Shown here in pieces: positions 41,137-51,693 of a DNA stretch of 64,000 bases. The DNA is taken from NCBI GenBank assembly GCA_029259775.1, contig JAJDEN010000014.1, forward strand, positions 35,613-99,612, given 5' to 3'. The DNA comes from Planctomycetota bacterium. Its GTDB lineage: Bacteria; Planctomycetota; PLA2; JAEUHO01. A program made the position numbers and the translations under genes. The first letter of the stretch is position 1. Each line of letters begins with the position of its first letter. A model generated the notes under the pieces. It saw only the letters and a list, made by a program, of their open reading frames with translations, was not told the DNA's origin and did not search any database.

Positions 41137-42168
41137 CTAGGCCAGGCCTACGAGGGTGAGCGGATCTCGATCGAGGGCGTCCGCCAGCTTTCGCCGGATG
41201 AGGGCCGTCCGGGCCTCCTGCAGGGCGATGAGGTCGTGCGCATCGTAGCGCGTACGCAGGTCCGCGAAGCGTTCCTCGGGCACGACGGCCTCCGTGCCCT
41301 TCATGCAGGCGTCGGCCAGGGCGCAGCAGCGCTCCTCCCAGGTCATCGTCTGGAGGTCGACGAGCTTGCGGAACGAGGCGACGAGGCTCGGGTCCACGCC
41401 CGCCTCGATCAGCGCCTCGCCGCTGGCGCCCTTCGTGAAGTGCGAGATGCATCCGAAGCCGTACGGCGCGAACTCTCCCTTCCGGAGCAGCTTGGTGCCC
41501 GCGCGGGGGTGGTCGTCGTGCTCGCCGATCGCGCGTCCTACGTCATGCAGGAGCGTGCCGATCGCCGCCGCCTCGACGTCCACGGCCTGACCGGCGCTCT
41601 TGAGCGCTTCGGCGAACGTGCGCGCGAGACGCGCTCCGCCGCGCAGGTGACCGACGAGGTGCTCGCTGGCCTCGGGCAAGGAGCGCAGGTACGCGTCGGC
41701 CTGCTTCTCCTTGCGGCCGGCGAGGGTGCACGTGGCCGGGTCCTTCAGGAAGAGCGCGGCCTGCCGGACGGCGTCCTTCAGATTGAGGTGCCAGAGCGCG
41801 TCGATCATCCGCCCGAGCGGCAGCCACTCGTGGGCGATGTGCTCCTTCGAGAGCTCGACGTCCTGCTGCGGCGCGAACGCGGTGAGGTAGATCACGTGCT
41901 TGCGGTAGGTCTCGCCGCGGCGCGTCGCCTCGTACTTGAGCACCGTGCGGAAGTCGCCGCGCACATCCGTGATCTCGAGACCGGTCTCTTCGCGTGTCTC
42001 GCGGAGCGCGGTCTCGAGCTCGGTCTCGCCCGGCTCGCTGTGGCCCTTGGGCAGGCCCGGCTCGCCACGCTTGCTGTTGATGAGGTTCAGGTACTCGAAG
42101 CGACCCGCCTGCCGCCGGGCGAGGACGAAACCGCAGGCGGTCCGGAGCGGGAGGTCGTCGTGCGGCAT
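41137..42168 (-). CDS. NUDIX (Ap4A hydrolase-like) + HD domain fusion
   Basis: LPKGHSEPGETELETALRETREETGL, LSKEHIAHEW; LLHDVGR, HPRAG, ALAD. Confidence 0.88.
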   Translation of the reverse strand: MPHDDLPLRTACGFVLARRQAGRFEYLNLINSKRGEPGLPKGHSEPGETELETALRETREETGLEITDVRGDFRTVLKYEATRRGETYRKHVIYLTAFAPQQDVELSKEHIAHEWLPLGRMIDALWHLNLKDAVRQAALFLKDPATCTLAGRKEKQADAYLRSLPEASEHLVGHLRGGARLARTFAEALKSAGQAVDVEAAAIGTLLHDVGRAIGEHDDHPRAGTKLLRKGEFAPYGFGCISHFTKGASGEALIEAGVDPSLVASFRKLVDLQTMTWEERCCALADACMKGTEAVVPEERFADLRTRYDAHDLIALQEARTALIRRKLADALDRDPLTLVGLA

Positions 42169-42260
42169 GGGGCCATTGAACTTGAGGGCGGCGGGCGGCG
42201 AGGCAGTTCTTCCGTGTCGGTCTCCAGCCCGAGCCCCAGCCCGAGCCCGAGCCCCGTTCC

Positions 42261-42341
42261 GTGTCCGTGTCGGTGTCCGTGTCGGTGTGAAGAAGTGCAC
42301 CTGGCAAGCCAGGGGAAGTGCATGGCAACGTCAACGTGTCC
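42261..42341. repeat. hexamer-linked intergenic element, copy 1
   Basis: GTGTC(C/G) tract + GAAGTGCACCTGGCAAGCCAGGGGA + ACGTCAACGTGTCC, shared with 58519-58588. Confidence 0.75.
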
Positions 42342-42412
42342 GGAGCCCCCGTCGGGGCGCGGCCGGGGCGGGAATGGGGGTCGTGGCCCCGAGCGAGTAC
42401 GCTCTGCCCACG

Positions 42413-43303
42413 ATGAGCGCCACCGCCCAGAACCTCGAGCCGCCCGTCTGCATGTACGGCGAGATCCTCGAGAACCGCCAGATCACGCCCGTGACCTGGG
42501 TCATGAAGATCCACAGCCCCGACGCGGCGCCGCGCATGCGTGCCGGCCAGTTCGTGAACCTGCTCACGAGCGAAGAGATCGTCCCGCTGCTACGGCGGCC
42601 CATGTCGATCCACCGGGTCGTGGAGCACCAGGGCGTCGCCTCCGGCTTCTGTGTCCTCTACGACGTCATCGGGCCCGGCACCCGCAACCTGCACCACATG
42701 AAGAAGGGCGAGCGCATCAGCTTCATCGGCCCGCTGGGCAACGCCATCAGCGTGCCGGCCGAGGCGCGCCGCGCGGTCCTCATCGCCGGCGGCGTCGGCA
42801 TCGGCCCGATCAAGTTCGTGGCCGAGGCCCTCCAGGCGATGGGCATGCGCGACATCACGCTCTGCTACGGCGCACGCGACAGCGACCACTCCGTTCCGGT
42901 CAAGGAAGCAGCGCCGGACGGTTGCCGCGTACTCGTCTGCACGGACGACGGCTCCGTGAGCCGCAAGGGCTTCGTGACCGACCTCGTCGCGGAGATGATC
43001 GCCGGCAAGCGGCTGCAGCCCGGTGACTACGTCTTCACCTGCGGCCCCGTACCGATGTTCCGCGCCGTGCGCGACCTACTCGGCAAGCACGGCATCTCCG
43101 CCGAAGCGGCCACCGAGGAGTACATGGGCTGCGGCTTCGGCGTCTGCTTCGGCTGCCCGCTCAAGCAGCGCCAGCCCGACGGCTCCGTCGAGTACAAGCT
43201 CTGCTGCGTCGACGGCTGCCTCTTCCCGCTCGAGACCCTGGTCTTCGAGGGCGATGAGGACGTCGATGCTCAAAAGGGCGATGACACCGGGACGCCGGCG
43301 TGA
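42413..43303 (+). CDS. pyrK: dihydroorotate dehydrogenase electron transfer subunit (PyrK-like)
   Basis: GQFVNL, LLRRPMSI, GPLGN, GGVGIGP, TDDGS, CGP, EEYMGCGFGVCFGC...CVDG. Confidence 0.88.
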   Translation: MSATAQNLEPPVCMYGEILENRQITPVTWVMKIHSPDAAPRMRAGQFVNLLTSEEIVPLLRRPMSIHRVVEHQGVASGFCVLYDVIGPGTRNLHHMKKGERISFIGPLGNAISVPAEARRAVLIAGGVGIGPIKFVAEALQAMGMRDITLCYGARDSDHSVPVKEAAPDGCRVLVCTDDGSVSRKGFVTDLVAEMIAGKRLQPGDYVFTCGPVPMFRAVRDLLGKHGISAEAATEEYMGCGFGVCFGCPLKQRQPDGSVEYKLCCVDGCLFPLETLVFEGDEDVDAQKGDDTGTPA

Positions 43304-43854
43304 GCGGCCGCCACATGGAGGCTGCGACGCGCGATCTCGCGCGCGTCCTCCGCCGTGTGCAGGTGCGGCGGCTGAAGGCGTTCGAGAAGTCGATCCTGGC
43401 GAGCGAGCGTGTCTTCGTGACGGGCCTCGGTCGCACAGGACTCATGGCGCGCGGCTTCGCCATGCGGCTCATGCACCTCGGCAGGCGGGTGTTCCACGTG
43501 GGCGACGTCATCACGCCGTCGGTGGAGGAGGGCGACCTCCTGATCATCTGCTCGCGTACGGGCCGCTCGAAGGTGCTGAGCCACTACATCCGCATCGCCA
43601 AGAAGGCCAAGGCGTCTGTGGCCGTCGTGACGGCGCGGCCCGACAGCCCGGTCGCGAGCCACGCCGACGTCGTATTGCCGATTGACGACACCCCGATCAA
43701 ACGCGCCAAGGCCGATGTACGACCCCTGCCCCCCTTGGGCTCGCTGTTCGAGCAGGCCCTGCTGATCGTGCTCGATCAGGTCGTGCTCGACCTCATGCAG
43801 GTGCTCGACCTGACCGAAGCGGACATGGCGCGCATTCATACCGGTTTCGAGTAA
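43300..43854 (+). CDS. hxlB: SIS domain protein, 6-phospho-3-hexuloisomerase-like
   Basis: VFVTGLGRTGLMARGFAMRLMHLG, PLGSLFEQ, MARIHTGFE. Confidence 0.8.
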   Translation: MSGRHMEAATRDLARVLRRVQVRRLKAFEKSILASERVFVTGLGRTGLMARGFAMRLMHLGRRVFHVGDVITPSVEEGDLLIICSRTGRSKVLSHYIRIAKKAKASVAVVTARPDSPVASHADVVLPIDDTPIKRAKADVRPLPPLGSLFEQALLIVLDQVVLDLMQVLDLTEADMARIHTGFE

Positions 43855-44010
43855 GACGCCTGCGAGCAAGAGCTCGTTGGCGAACTCCCGGTCGATCCAA
43901 CCCATTGCATGACAGCGGGTTGGAACGCTCCGCCTCGCTTCGGTCGGCGCGCGCGCGGGCGCTAGACTGCGCTCTCCGCGGCCCTTTCGTCGCCGCTGTG
44001 GAGCCTTCGC

Positions 44011-45189
44011 ATGACCAACGCCGTGATCGTCTCCGCCTGCCGTACGCCCATCGGGCGCTTCAACGGCGGCCTGTCCACGTTCCGTGCGCCCGAGCTCGGA
44101 GCCATCGCCATCAAGGAGGCGATGAGCCGCGCCAACCTCGATCCGGCCGACGTGAACGAGGTGATCATGGGCACCGTCCTGCAGGCGGGCCTCGGCCAGA
44201 ACCCCGCGCGCCAGGCCGCGCTAGGTGCCGGCGTTCCGCCCGAGGTCGGCGCGTTCACGGTCAACAAGGTGTGCGGCTCCGGGCTCAAGTCCGTGATGCT
44301 TGCCGCGCAGGCCATTCGCGCGGGCGACGCCGACATCATCGTCGCCGGCGGCCAGGAGAGTATGACGAACGCGCCCTACCTCATGCCGCAGGCCCGCAAC
44401 GGCATGCGTCTCGGCCATGGCAAGCTGCTCGACTCGATGGTGCACGACGGCCTGTGGGAGATCTACAACGACTACCACATGGGCGAGACCGGCGAGCTGA
44501 TCGCCGAGCGCTGCAACGTGAGTCGCGAAGAGATGGATGCGTTCTCCGCCGAGAGCCACCGCCGCGCGGCGGCCGCGACGGAGTCCGGCGCCTTCGCGGA
44601 CGAGATCGTTCCCGTGGAGGTGAAGGATCGCAAGGGCAACGTCACCGTCGTGGGTGCCGATGAGGGCATCCGGCCCGACGTCACCGCCGAGAGCCTCGGC
44701 AAGCTGCGCGCCGCCTTCCGCAAGGACGGCACGGTCACACCCGGCAACGCCAGCCAGATCTCGGATGGCGCCTCGGCGCTGGTCGTGATGAGCGAGAAGG
44801 CGGCCGCCGACCGCGGTCTCGAGCCGCTCGCCACGATCACGGGCTACGCCACCGGCGGCACCGAGCCGCAGTGGGTGATGTACGCGCCGGTCGTCGCGAT
44901 GGAGAACCTCCAGAAGCGCACCGGCAACGCGACGGACAGCTACGGCCTGATCGAGCTCAACGAGGCCTTCGCCTCGGCCGCCTGCGGCGTGAGCAAGGAG
45001 GCGGGCCTCGCCGCCGATCGCACGAACGTCAACGGCGGCGCCGTCGCGCTCGGTCACCCGATCGGGGCGAGCGGCGCGCGCATCCTGACCACCTTGCTCT
45101 ACGCCATGAAGGCGCGCGACGTGAGCACGGGCATGGCTTCGCTGTGCCTCGGCGGCGGCAACGCCGTCGCTCTCTCGGTCCAGCGCTAA
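44011..45189 (+). CDS. acetyl-CoA C-acetyltransferase (thiolase)
   Basis: GQNPARQA, NKVCGSGLK, NASQISDGA, NEAFA, GHPIGASG, CLGGG. Confidence 0.96.
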   Translation: MTNAVIVSACRTPIGRFNGGLSTFRAPELGAIAIKEAMSRANLDPADVNEVIMGTVLQAGLGQNPARQAALGAGVPPEVGAFTVNKVCGSGLKSVMLAAQAIRAGDADIIVAGGQESMTNAPYLMPQARNGMRLGHGKLLDSMVHDGLWEIYNDYHMGETGELIAERCNVSREEMDAFSAESHRRAAAATESGAFADEIVPVEVKDRKGNVTVVGADEGIRPDVTAESLGKLRAAFRKDGTVTPGNASQISDGASALVVMSEKAAADRGLEPLATITGYATGGTEPQWVMYAPVVAMENLQKRTGNATDSYGLIELNEAFASAACGVSKEAGLAADRTNVNGGAVALGHPIGASGARILTTLLYAMKARDVSTGMASLCLGGGNAVALSVQR

Positions 45190-45219
45190 CGTCCCACGCC
45201 CCATCTCTCGGAGAACGAC

Positions 45220-46071
45220 ATGACTTTCCAGCATGTAGGCGTCATCGGCGCCGGTCAGATGGGCGCGGGCATCGCGCAGGTCTTCGCGGTCCACGGCACC
45301 AAGGTGCGCCTCTTCGACGTGTCCAACGACGCGGTCGAGAAGGGCCTGATGGGCATCACGAAGAGCCTCGAGCGCTTCGTGAACAAGGAGAAGATCACGC
45401 GCGAGGTCATGGACACGGCCCTGACGCACATCCATGCCGAGACGAGCCTCGAGGGCCTGTCGGACTGCGACCTGGTCGTCGAGGCCGTCGTCGAGAACGG
45501 CGACGTCAAGAAGGCCATCTTCGCTGAGCTCGACGGGATCCTCGGTCCGGAGGCCATCGTGGCGAGCAACACGTCGAGCATTTCGATCACCGAGCTGGCC
45601 GCGGCGAGCGGTCGCGCGGACCGCTTCATCGGCATGCACTTCATGAACCCGGTCCCGCTGATGAAGCTCATCGAGATCATCCGCGGCCTCGCGACGTCGG
45701 ATGAGACGTACGCCAAGGTGCACGCCGCGTCGGAGGCGATCGGCAAGATCCCCGTGGTCGCGAACGACTACCCCGGCTTCGTGGCCAACCGCATCCTGAT
45801 GCCGATGATCAACGAGGCCGTGACCTGCGTCATGGAAGGCGTCGCCGAGGCCGAGAACATCGACTCGATCATCAAGCTCGGCCTGAACCACCCGATGGGG
45901 CCGCTCGCCCTGGCCGACCTGATCGGCCTGGACACGTGCCTCGCGATCATGGAGGTCCTGCACAGCGACCTCGGCGACAGCAAGTACCGGCCCTCGCCGT
46001 TGCTACGCAAGATGGTCGCCGCTGGATTCCTCGGCCGGAAGTCGGGTCGCGGCTTCTACGACTACTCGTAA
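45220..46071 (+). CDS. hbd: 3-hydroxybutyryl-CoA dehydrogenase
   Basis: [45 protein letters not shown]. Confidence 0.94.
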   Translation: MTFQHVGVIGAGQMGAGIAQVFAVHGTKVRLFDVSNDAVEKGLMGITKSLERFVNKEKITREVMDTALTHIHAETSLEGLSDCDLVVEAVVENGDVKKAIFAELDGILGPEAIVASNTSSISITELAAASGRADRFIGMHFMNPVPLMKLIEIIRGLATSDETYAKVHAASEAIGKIPVVANDYPGFVANRILMPMINEAVTCVMEGVAEAENIDSIIKLGLNHPMGPLALADLIGLDTCLAIMEVLHSDLGDSKYRPSPLLRKMVAAGFLGRKSGRGFYDYS

Positions 46072-46161
46072 GGACGGCTTCCGCGTCCCGAAGGCCGCTG
46101 CCGCAGGGGGGGCGGCCGGTGGCGTCACGCCATGGCCCAAGGTCGATCATCGGGCTGGTGT

Positions 46162-46186
46162 GGGCGGGCACAAGACCCGCCCCTAC
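46162..46186. repeat. GTAG REP-like palindrome
   Basis: GGGCGGGCACAAGACCCGCCCCTAC, one mismatch to the 11081/11137 copies. Confidence 0.75.
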
Positions 46187-46238
46187 GCGGGTGCTGACGA
46201 CGCCCGAGCGGAACGATCGAGCGCGCACCTAGGGACCG

Positions 46239-47132
46239 CTACGGCTTGTGGCCGTTCTGCAACATCCAGATCCTGCGCCACTCCGCGCGCGGCCGCTCCT
46301 GGAACGTCTTGCCCTCGTCCGTCGTGAGCGGCACCGAACCGAACACGATGTAGGTGCTCGCGACGACCAACAGGATCGGGATGATCGCCAGCAGCGGCAC
46401 GAGGAGCTTCCGGCGCGCGTGACGTACGGCGAGCCCCGCGAGATAGCCCGTCGCGAGACCGGCGCCGTGCGCCCAGTTGCCGATGGCGACCGTGTTCGAG
46501 AGCGACAGCACCACGCCGATCACGAGCAGGATGCCGATCCAGCGCAGCATCTGATCGGTCATCACGGCCGCGGCGATCGGATGCACGCGGCGCAGGGCCC
46601 AGAGGAAGCCGAGCAGGCCGAAGAGGTAGCCGGAGATGCCCACGCCGCTGCCGGAGAAGATCCACGAGATCGCCGACGCGCTGACGCCCGTGAAGAGCGT
46701 CAGGCCAAGCAGCGCCCAGGGCCCCCAGCCCCGCTCCACCTCACGGCCCAGGTACCAGAGGCCCATGCCGTTCATGCCGATGTGCCACCAGCCGCCGTGC
46801 AGGAACATGCACGTCACGTGGCGCCAGTGCTCCCAGATCCAGATTTCCGAGCTCTGGTAGAAGGCGGCCAGCCACGCCGGGCCACCACCGCGCTGGACAC
46901 CGGGCCAGATGACGTGCGTGCAGATGTAGAGCGCGATGGCGATCGCGAGGCTCACGATCGTCACGATCGGACGGCGCTCGCGGGCGATCGGACGAAAGCG
47001 GACCTGCATGCGGTTGCGGACGGCGTCGGCGCAGTTCGGGCAGAGCAGATCGGGATCGGCCCCGAACATCTCGGATCTCGGCAGGTTCACTCCGCAGACG
47101 GAGCAGCCGCAGATGGGGTCCTCATGGCTCAC
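46239..47132 (-). CDS. rhomboid intramembrane serine protease with N-terminal Cys cluster
   Basis: WRHVTCMFLHGGWWHIGMN, GISG (Ser), NWAHGAGL (His); CSVC...CPNC; GGAGG RBS. Confidence 0.9.
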   Translation of the reverse strand: MSHEDPICGCSVCGVNLPRSEMFGADPDLLCPNCADAVRNRMQVRFRPIARERRPIVTIVSLAIAIALYICTHVIWPGVQRGGGPAWLAAFYQSSEIWIWEHWRHVTCMFLHGGWWHIGMNGMGLWYLGREVERGWGPWALLGLTLFTGVSASAISWIFSGSGVGISGYLFGLLGFLWALRRVHPIAAAVMTDQMLRWIGILLVIGVVLSLSNTVAIGNWAHGAGLATGYLAGLAVRHARRKLLVPLLAIIPILLVVASTYIVFGSVPLTTDEGKTFQERPRAEWRRIWMLQNGHKP

Positions 47133-47203
47133 GCGGTCCTCCCATACCACGCGCCCGGCCCCCCTCGCTCGTATCTTCCACCTCCGAAGGAGCACCCCCC
47201 CGC

Positions 47204-48346
47204 ATGGACTTCAGCCTCTCCGAAGACCAGCAGATGCTGCAGCAGGCGGCGCGCGAGTTCGCGCAGAACGAACTCGTCGACCGCGCGGTCGTGGCCGACC
47301 GTGACGAGGTGTTCGTGGCCGACTCCGTGCGCATGTGCGCCGAGATGGGCTTCCTCGGCATGGCCGTCCCCGAAGCGCACGGCGGCAGCGAGCTCGGAGC
47401 CCTCGGCTCGAGCCTCGTCCTCATCGAGCTCAACAAGGCCTGCGCCAGCACGGGCACGACGATCTCGGTGCACAACAGCCTCGCGTGCGAGAGCATCGCG
47501 CGCTTTGGCAACGATGAGCAGCAGGCACGCTACCTCCCGCGCTTGGCCTCCGGCGAGATGCTCGGCGCCTACGCCCTGTCGGAGGCCGGCAGCGGCTCCG
47601 ATGCCGGCTCCCTCGTCTGCAAGGCGACCCAGGACGGCGAGGACTGGATCCTCGACGGGACGAAGCTCTGGATCAGCCACGGCTCGGTCTGCGACCTCGT
47701 CGTCGTCTTCGCCCGCACCGACGCGGACGCACGCACGCGCGGCATCACGGCCTTCGTCATCGAGTCCGCGTGGGACGGCTACAAGTCCGGCAAGCAGGAA
47801 CTCAAGATGGGTCTGCGCGGCTCCCCGACCGTCGAGCTGCACCTCGACGGCGTCCGCGTGCCCGCCGCCAACGTGCTCGGCGAGGTGAACAAGGGCTTCG
47901 GCATCGCCATGTCGCTGCTCGACGGCGGCCGCATCGGCATTGCGAGCCAAGGCATCGGCATCGCGGAGGCCTGCCTCGAAGCCTCCATCAAGTACGCGGG
48001 CGAGCGCGAGCAGTTCGGCAAGCCCTTGGCCGCCTTCGGCGCCATCCAGGAGAAGATCGCCGAGATGGCAACGCGCGTCGACGCGGCGAAGCTGCTCACA
48101 TGGCGCGCCGCCTGGCTCAAGGACGCCGGCGAGCCGCACGGGCGCGAGGCCTCCATGGCCAAGCTCGAGGCATCGCGCGCGGCCAACTACGGCGCGAAGG
48201 AAGCCGTCCAGATTCACGGCGGCGCCGGCTACACACGCGACTTCCCCGTGGAGCGCTACTTCCGCGACGCGCGCGTCACCGAGATCTACGAGGGCACGAC
48301 CGAGATCCAGAAGCTCGTCATCGCGCGGAGCTACCTCCGGGCCTGA
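47204..48346 (+). CDS. acyl-CoA dehydrogenase (short/branched chain)
   Basis: ALSEAGSGSDA, GTKLWIS, KMGLRGS, GGRIGIA, QIHGGAGY, EIYEGT. Confidence 0.95.
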   Translation: MDFSLSEDQQMLQQAAREFAQNELVDRAVVADRDEVFVADSVRMCAEMGFLGMAVPEAHGGSELGALGSSLVLIELNKACASTGTTISVHNSLACESIARFGNDEQQARYLPRLASGEMLGAYALSEAGSGSDAGSLVCKATQDGEDWILDGTKLWISHGSVCDLVVVFARTDADARTRGITAFVIESAWDGYKSGKQELKMGLRGSPTVELHLDGVRVPAANVLGEVNKGFGIAMSLLDGGRIGIASQGIGIAEACLEASIKYAGEREQFGKPLAAFGAIQEKIAEMATRVDAAKLLTWRAAWLKDAGEPHGREASMAKLEASRAANYGAKEAVQIHGGAGYTRDFPVERYFRDARVTEIYEGTTEIQKLVIARSYLRA

Positions 48347-49305
48347 TGGACAGTCCTTCTCCCAAGCAGCCTTCCCCCGAGCAGCACGCCGCCGCCATCC
48401 GCGCAGGCGACCGCCGCGCGCTCGCGCGCGGGCTGACGCTCGTCGAGAACGAAGGTGCCGACGGCGCCGCGCTGCTCGCCGCACTGGGCTCGGTTGGATC
48501 GGCGCACCGCGTCGGTATCACGGGCCCGCCTGGTGCCGGCAAGTCGACCCTCGTCTCGGCTCTTGTCGCGGCGTGGCGGGCCGACAGCCGCGACGTGGGC
48601 GTGTTGGCCGTTGACCCGTCGAGTCCGTTCACGGGGGGCGCGCTGCTCGGCGACCGCATCCGCATGCTGGCCCACGCGGACGACGAGGGCGTGTTCATCC
48701 GCTCGCTCGCGAGCCGTGGCGCCTTCGGCGGCCTGGCGGCGGGCGTCTACGACGCCGCCGACCTGCTGGATGCCGCCGGCTTCGACCCGGTACTCATCGA
48801 GACGGTCGGTGTCGGCCAGGCCGAGATCGAGATCAGCCGGGCCGCGGACACGACGATCGTCGTCCTCGCCCCGGGCTCGGGCGACGTCGTGCAGGGGATG
48901 AAGGCGGGCCTGCTCGAGATCGCCGACGTGCTGGTCGTGAACCAGTCCGACCGCGAGGGGGCCGACGCCTTGGTCGCCGCGCTCCAGAGCGCGGTCGAGC
49001 TGCGCGATGCGGTGGCACCGCCGATCGTCAAGACGGTCGCGACGCGCGGCGAGGGCCTGGCGGAGCTGCGCGCCCTGGTCGATGGGCGCGCCGCGGCGGC
49101 GGCCGGCGAGCTCACGGCGCGCCGCCTCGCTCGGGCCCGAGCCCGCATCCGTGCGGCGGTGGATCGTCGCCGGGCCGACGCGTTCTGGAACGCCGCCGAC
49201 GGCGCGCAGGCGCAGGCACTCAGCGAGGCGGCGCGCGGCGTCGCCGATGGATCGACGAGCGCCGCCGAGGCCGTCGCACGCTTGCTCGGAGGGGAGAGCG
49301 CATGA
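48346..49305 (+). CDS. meaB: methylmalonyl-CoA mutase-associated GTPase MeaB
   Basis: [39 protein letters not shown]. Confidence 0.94.
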   Translation: MDSPSPKQPSPEQHAAAIRAGDRRALARGLTLVENEGADGAALLAALGSVGSAHRVGITGPPGAGKSTLVSALVAAWRADSRDVGVLAVDPSSPFTGGALLGDRIRMLAHADDEGVFIRSLASRGAFGGLAAGVYDAADLLDAAGFDPVLIETVGVGQAEIEISRAADTTIVVLAPGSGDVVQGMKAGLLEIADVLVVNQSDREGADALVAALQSAVELRDAVAPPIVKTVATRGEGLAELRALVDGRAAAAAGELTARRLARARARIRAAVDRRRADAFWNAADGAQAQALSEAARGVADGSTSAAEAVARLLGGESA

Positions 49306-49730
49306 ACGCCCTGGACCAACGTCCTATCAGGATCCTGGTCGCGAAGGCCGGCCTCGACGGCCACGATCGCGGCGCCAAGGTCGTCGCTGCCGCGCTGAGG
49401 GACGCCGGCTTCGAGGTCATCTACACGGGCCTCCGCCAGACGCCGGAGATGATCGTGGCGGCCGCGCTCCAGGAGGATGTCGACGCGATCGGCCTCTCCT
49501 TGCACTCCGGGGCCCACATGACCCTCTTCCCGCGCGTGCTCGACCTCCTGAAGGCCGCGGGCGCGGACCAGGTCCTGCTCACCGGGGGCGGAATCATCCC
49601 GGACGCGGACATGGCGAAGCTGGGGGAGATGGGCGTTGGACGGCTCTTCGGGCCGGGTACGCCCCTCAGCGATCTCGTCGCCTACATCCGAACCGAAGTG
49701 GCGGCCCGTCGAGAGGTCGGGAGTGCCTGA
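49302..49730 (+). CDS. cobalamin-binding small subunit of an acyl-CoA mutase
   Basis: [30 protein letters not shown]. Confidence 0.94.
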   Translation: MNALDQRPIRILVAKAGLDGHDRGAKVVAAALRDAGFEVIYTGLRQTPEMIVAAALQEDVDAIGLSLHSGAHMTLFPRVLDLLKAAGADQVLLTGGGIIPDADMAKLGEMGVGRLFGPGTPLSDLVAYIRTEVAARREVGSA

Positions 49731-49755
49731 GGGCCCTCATAGAATCGACCCCACG

Positions 49756-50937
49756 ATGACGCTCATGGACACCCTCTCCGGCGAAGCCGAGCCCTTCCTC
49801 ACGGAGGATCACCTCGACGTGCGCGCCATGGTGCGCGAGTTCGCCCTGGCGGAGGTCGCGCCGATCGCGACCGAGCTCGACGAGGAGAAGCGCTTCCCGA
49901 GCGAGACGATCCCCAAGCTGGCCGAGCTCGGCCTGCTCGGCGTGCCCTGGCCTGAGGAGGTCGGCGGCGCGGGCATGGACTACCGCGCGTACTCCATCGT
50001 GATCGAGGAGCTCTCCCGCGTGTGCGGTACGACGGGCATCACGGTCGCCGCGCACACGTCGCTCGGCACCGCGCCGATCCTGAAGAACGGCACCGAGGAG
50101 CAGCGTCTACGCTGGGTGCCCAAGCTCGCGAGCGGCGAGATGCTCGGTGCCTTTGCGCTCACGGAGCCGGGGGCAGGCAGCGACGCCAAGATGACCCAGA
50201 CGACAGCCGTCCAGGACGGCGATCATTGGGTCATCAACGGCACGAAGATCTACTGCACGAACGGCACCCACGCGGGCACGGTCGTCTTCACCGCGCGCAC
50301 AGGCGGCGGCGAAGTGGGCGACACGAAGAACATCAGCGCGTTCGTCGTCGAGCAGGGCACGCCCGGCTTCGAGTACGGCACGCTGGAAGACAAACTGGGG
50401 CTGCGCGGCTCCGACACCCGCGAGCTGGTCTTCAAGGACTGCCGCATTCCCCTCACCAACAAGCTCGGTGAGGAGGGGCGTGGGTTCAAGGCGTTCATGC
50501 AGACGCTGGAAGCCGGCCGCATCTCCATCGGCGCCATGGCGCTGGGTCTGGCGCAGGGTGCGCTCGATGCCGCGCTGCCGTACGTGCGCGAGCGCAAGCA
50601 GTTCGGCAAGCGGCTCATCACGATGCAGGCGATCGGACATCAGATCGCCGACATGGAGGTCGAGATCAGCGCGGCCCGCAACCTCGTGTACGAGGCGGCG
50701 TGGCGCCACGACCAGGGCCAGCCGTACGGCTTGGCCGCGTCCAAGTGCAAGCTGTTCGCCTCGGAAGTGGCCATGCGGTGCGCTCACAAGGCCATCCAGG
50801 TGATGGGCGGCGTGGGCTACACCCGCGAATACCCCGTGGAGCGCATCATGCGTGACGCGAAGCTGTGCGAGATCGGCGAGGGGACCTCCGAGATCCAGCG
50901 CCTCATCATCGCGAGGCATCTCGACCGCAGTGTCTGA
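49756..50937 (+). CDS. acyl-CoA dehydrogenase
   Basis: [44 protein letters not shown]. Confidence 0.95.
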   Translation: MTLMDTLSGEAEPFLTEDHLDVRAMVREFALAEVAPIATELDEEKRFPSETIPKLAELGLLGVPWPEEVGGAGMDYRAYSIVIEELSRVCGTTGITVAAHTSLGTAPILKNGTEEQRLRWVPKLASGEMLGAFALTEPGAGSDAKMTQTTAVQDGDHWVINGTKIYCTNGTHAGTVVFTARTGGGEVGDTKNISAFVVEQGTPGFEYGTLEDKLGLRGSDTRELVFKDCRIPLTNKLGEEGRGFKAFMQTLEAGRISIGAMALGLAQGALDAALPYVRERKQFGKRLITMQAIGHQIADMEVEISAARNLVYEAAWRHDQGQPYGLAASKCKLFASEVAMRCAHKAIQVMGGVGYTREYPVERIMRDAKLCEIGEGTSEIQRLIIARHLDRSV

Positions 50938-51033
50938 TCGCGCGGGGCGCGGGGTCTCGAGGCGTGAGCCGCAGCGCCCAAGAGCCCTAGCGCATCCTTC
51001 GGCCGGTCGGGCAACCCCGGGCATGATCCCCCC

Positions 51034-51546
51034 GTGCCTATCGAGATTCTCCTGCCTACCGAACGCACCCTGGGTGGTGCAACCCGCGCTGTCGTCGAGC
51101 AACTGCTCGGCCCGGGTTTCGTGAACATCGACGCGCCCGAGGAGAGCTCGTTCGAAGTCGAGCTGACCAACGTCGACATGAAGGAGTGGGGCGAGCTTGT
51201 TCCTGACGACATCTCGCCTGCGGAGCTCAGCGACAAGATCAAGGCCGACAAGGAGATCCTGCGCGTGCGTGTGCCGCTGCGCTTGGGTCACTTCCTCCTG
51301 TTCCCCGGCTTCGTCGTACTCTGCCGTCCCGACGACTACGACGAGTTCATGGCGGATCCGCGCGCGCGGCAGATCATCGGCCGCGAGTCGCTCGAGCTGG
51401 CGCATGCGTTCGGCGCCGAGGAACTGGTCGTGGCCGGCGACGCGGCGACGGACTTCCTCGGGACGGACGCGACGGACTGGAAAAGCCTGAAGGAAGTCCT
51501 CGAGGAAGAGCACATCGGGCACCAGCTCGTTCAGATTCCGAAGTAG
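51034..51546 (+). CDS. hypothetical acidic protein
   Basis: 170-aa ORF with host-like codon usage filling the gap. Confidence 0.7.
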   Translation: MPIEILLPTERTLGGATRAVVEQLLGPGFVNIDAPEESSFEVELTNVDMKEWGELVPDDISPAELSDKIKADKEILRVRVPLRLGHFLLFPGFVVLCRPDDYDEFMADPRARQIIGRESLELAHAFGAEELVVAGDAATDFLGTDATDWKSLKEVLEEEHIGHQLVQIPK

Positions 51547-51648
51547 GGGCAGCCTGAACGCCGGCGCAGCCGGCGTGGTTGGCTGCCCAAGGAGGTCGCG
51601 TGGGCGGCCAACCGCAGCGGGCTTCGCCCTCGCTCAGGCCGCCCCTAC
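51543..51648. repeat. REPIN-like element
   Basis: GTAGGGGCAGCCTGA...TCAGGCCGCCCCTAC inverted ends with internal hairpins. Confidence 0.7.
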
Positions 51649-51693
51649 GGGCGCCCACCGCCGTTGGTCGCATGACGACGGCCGATCGGTGCG

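Noticed and set aside
40027-43026. 999-aa ORF and many other long Arg/Ala/Gly-rich overlapping ORFs
   Set aside because: These are high-GC shadow frames overlapping well-supported genes and carry no recognisable motifs.
49728-49742. TGA-GGG-CCC-TCA-TAG after the B12-binding subunit as another Sec readthrough
   Set aside because: The domain is already complete, no Cys-equivalent position is known there, and there is no SECIS-like hairpin at the right spacing; it is just a short palindrome.
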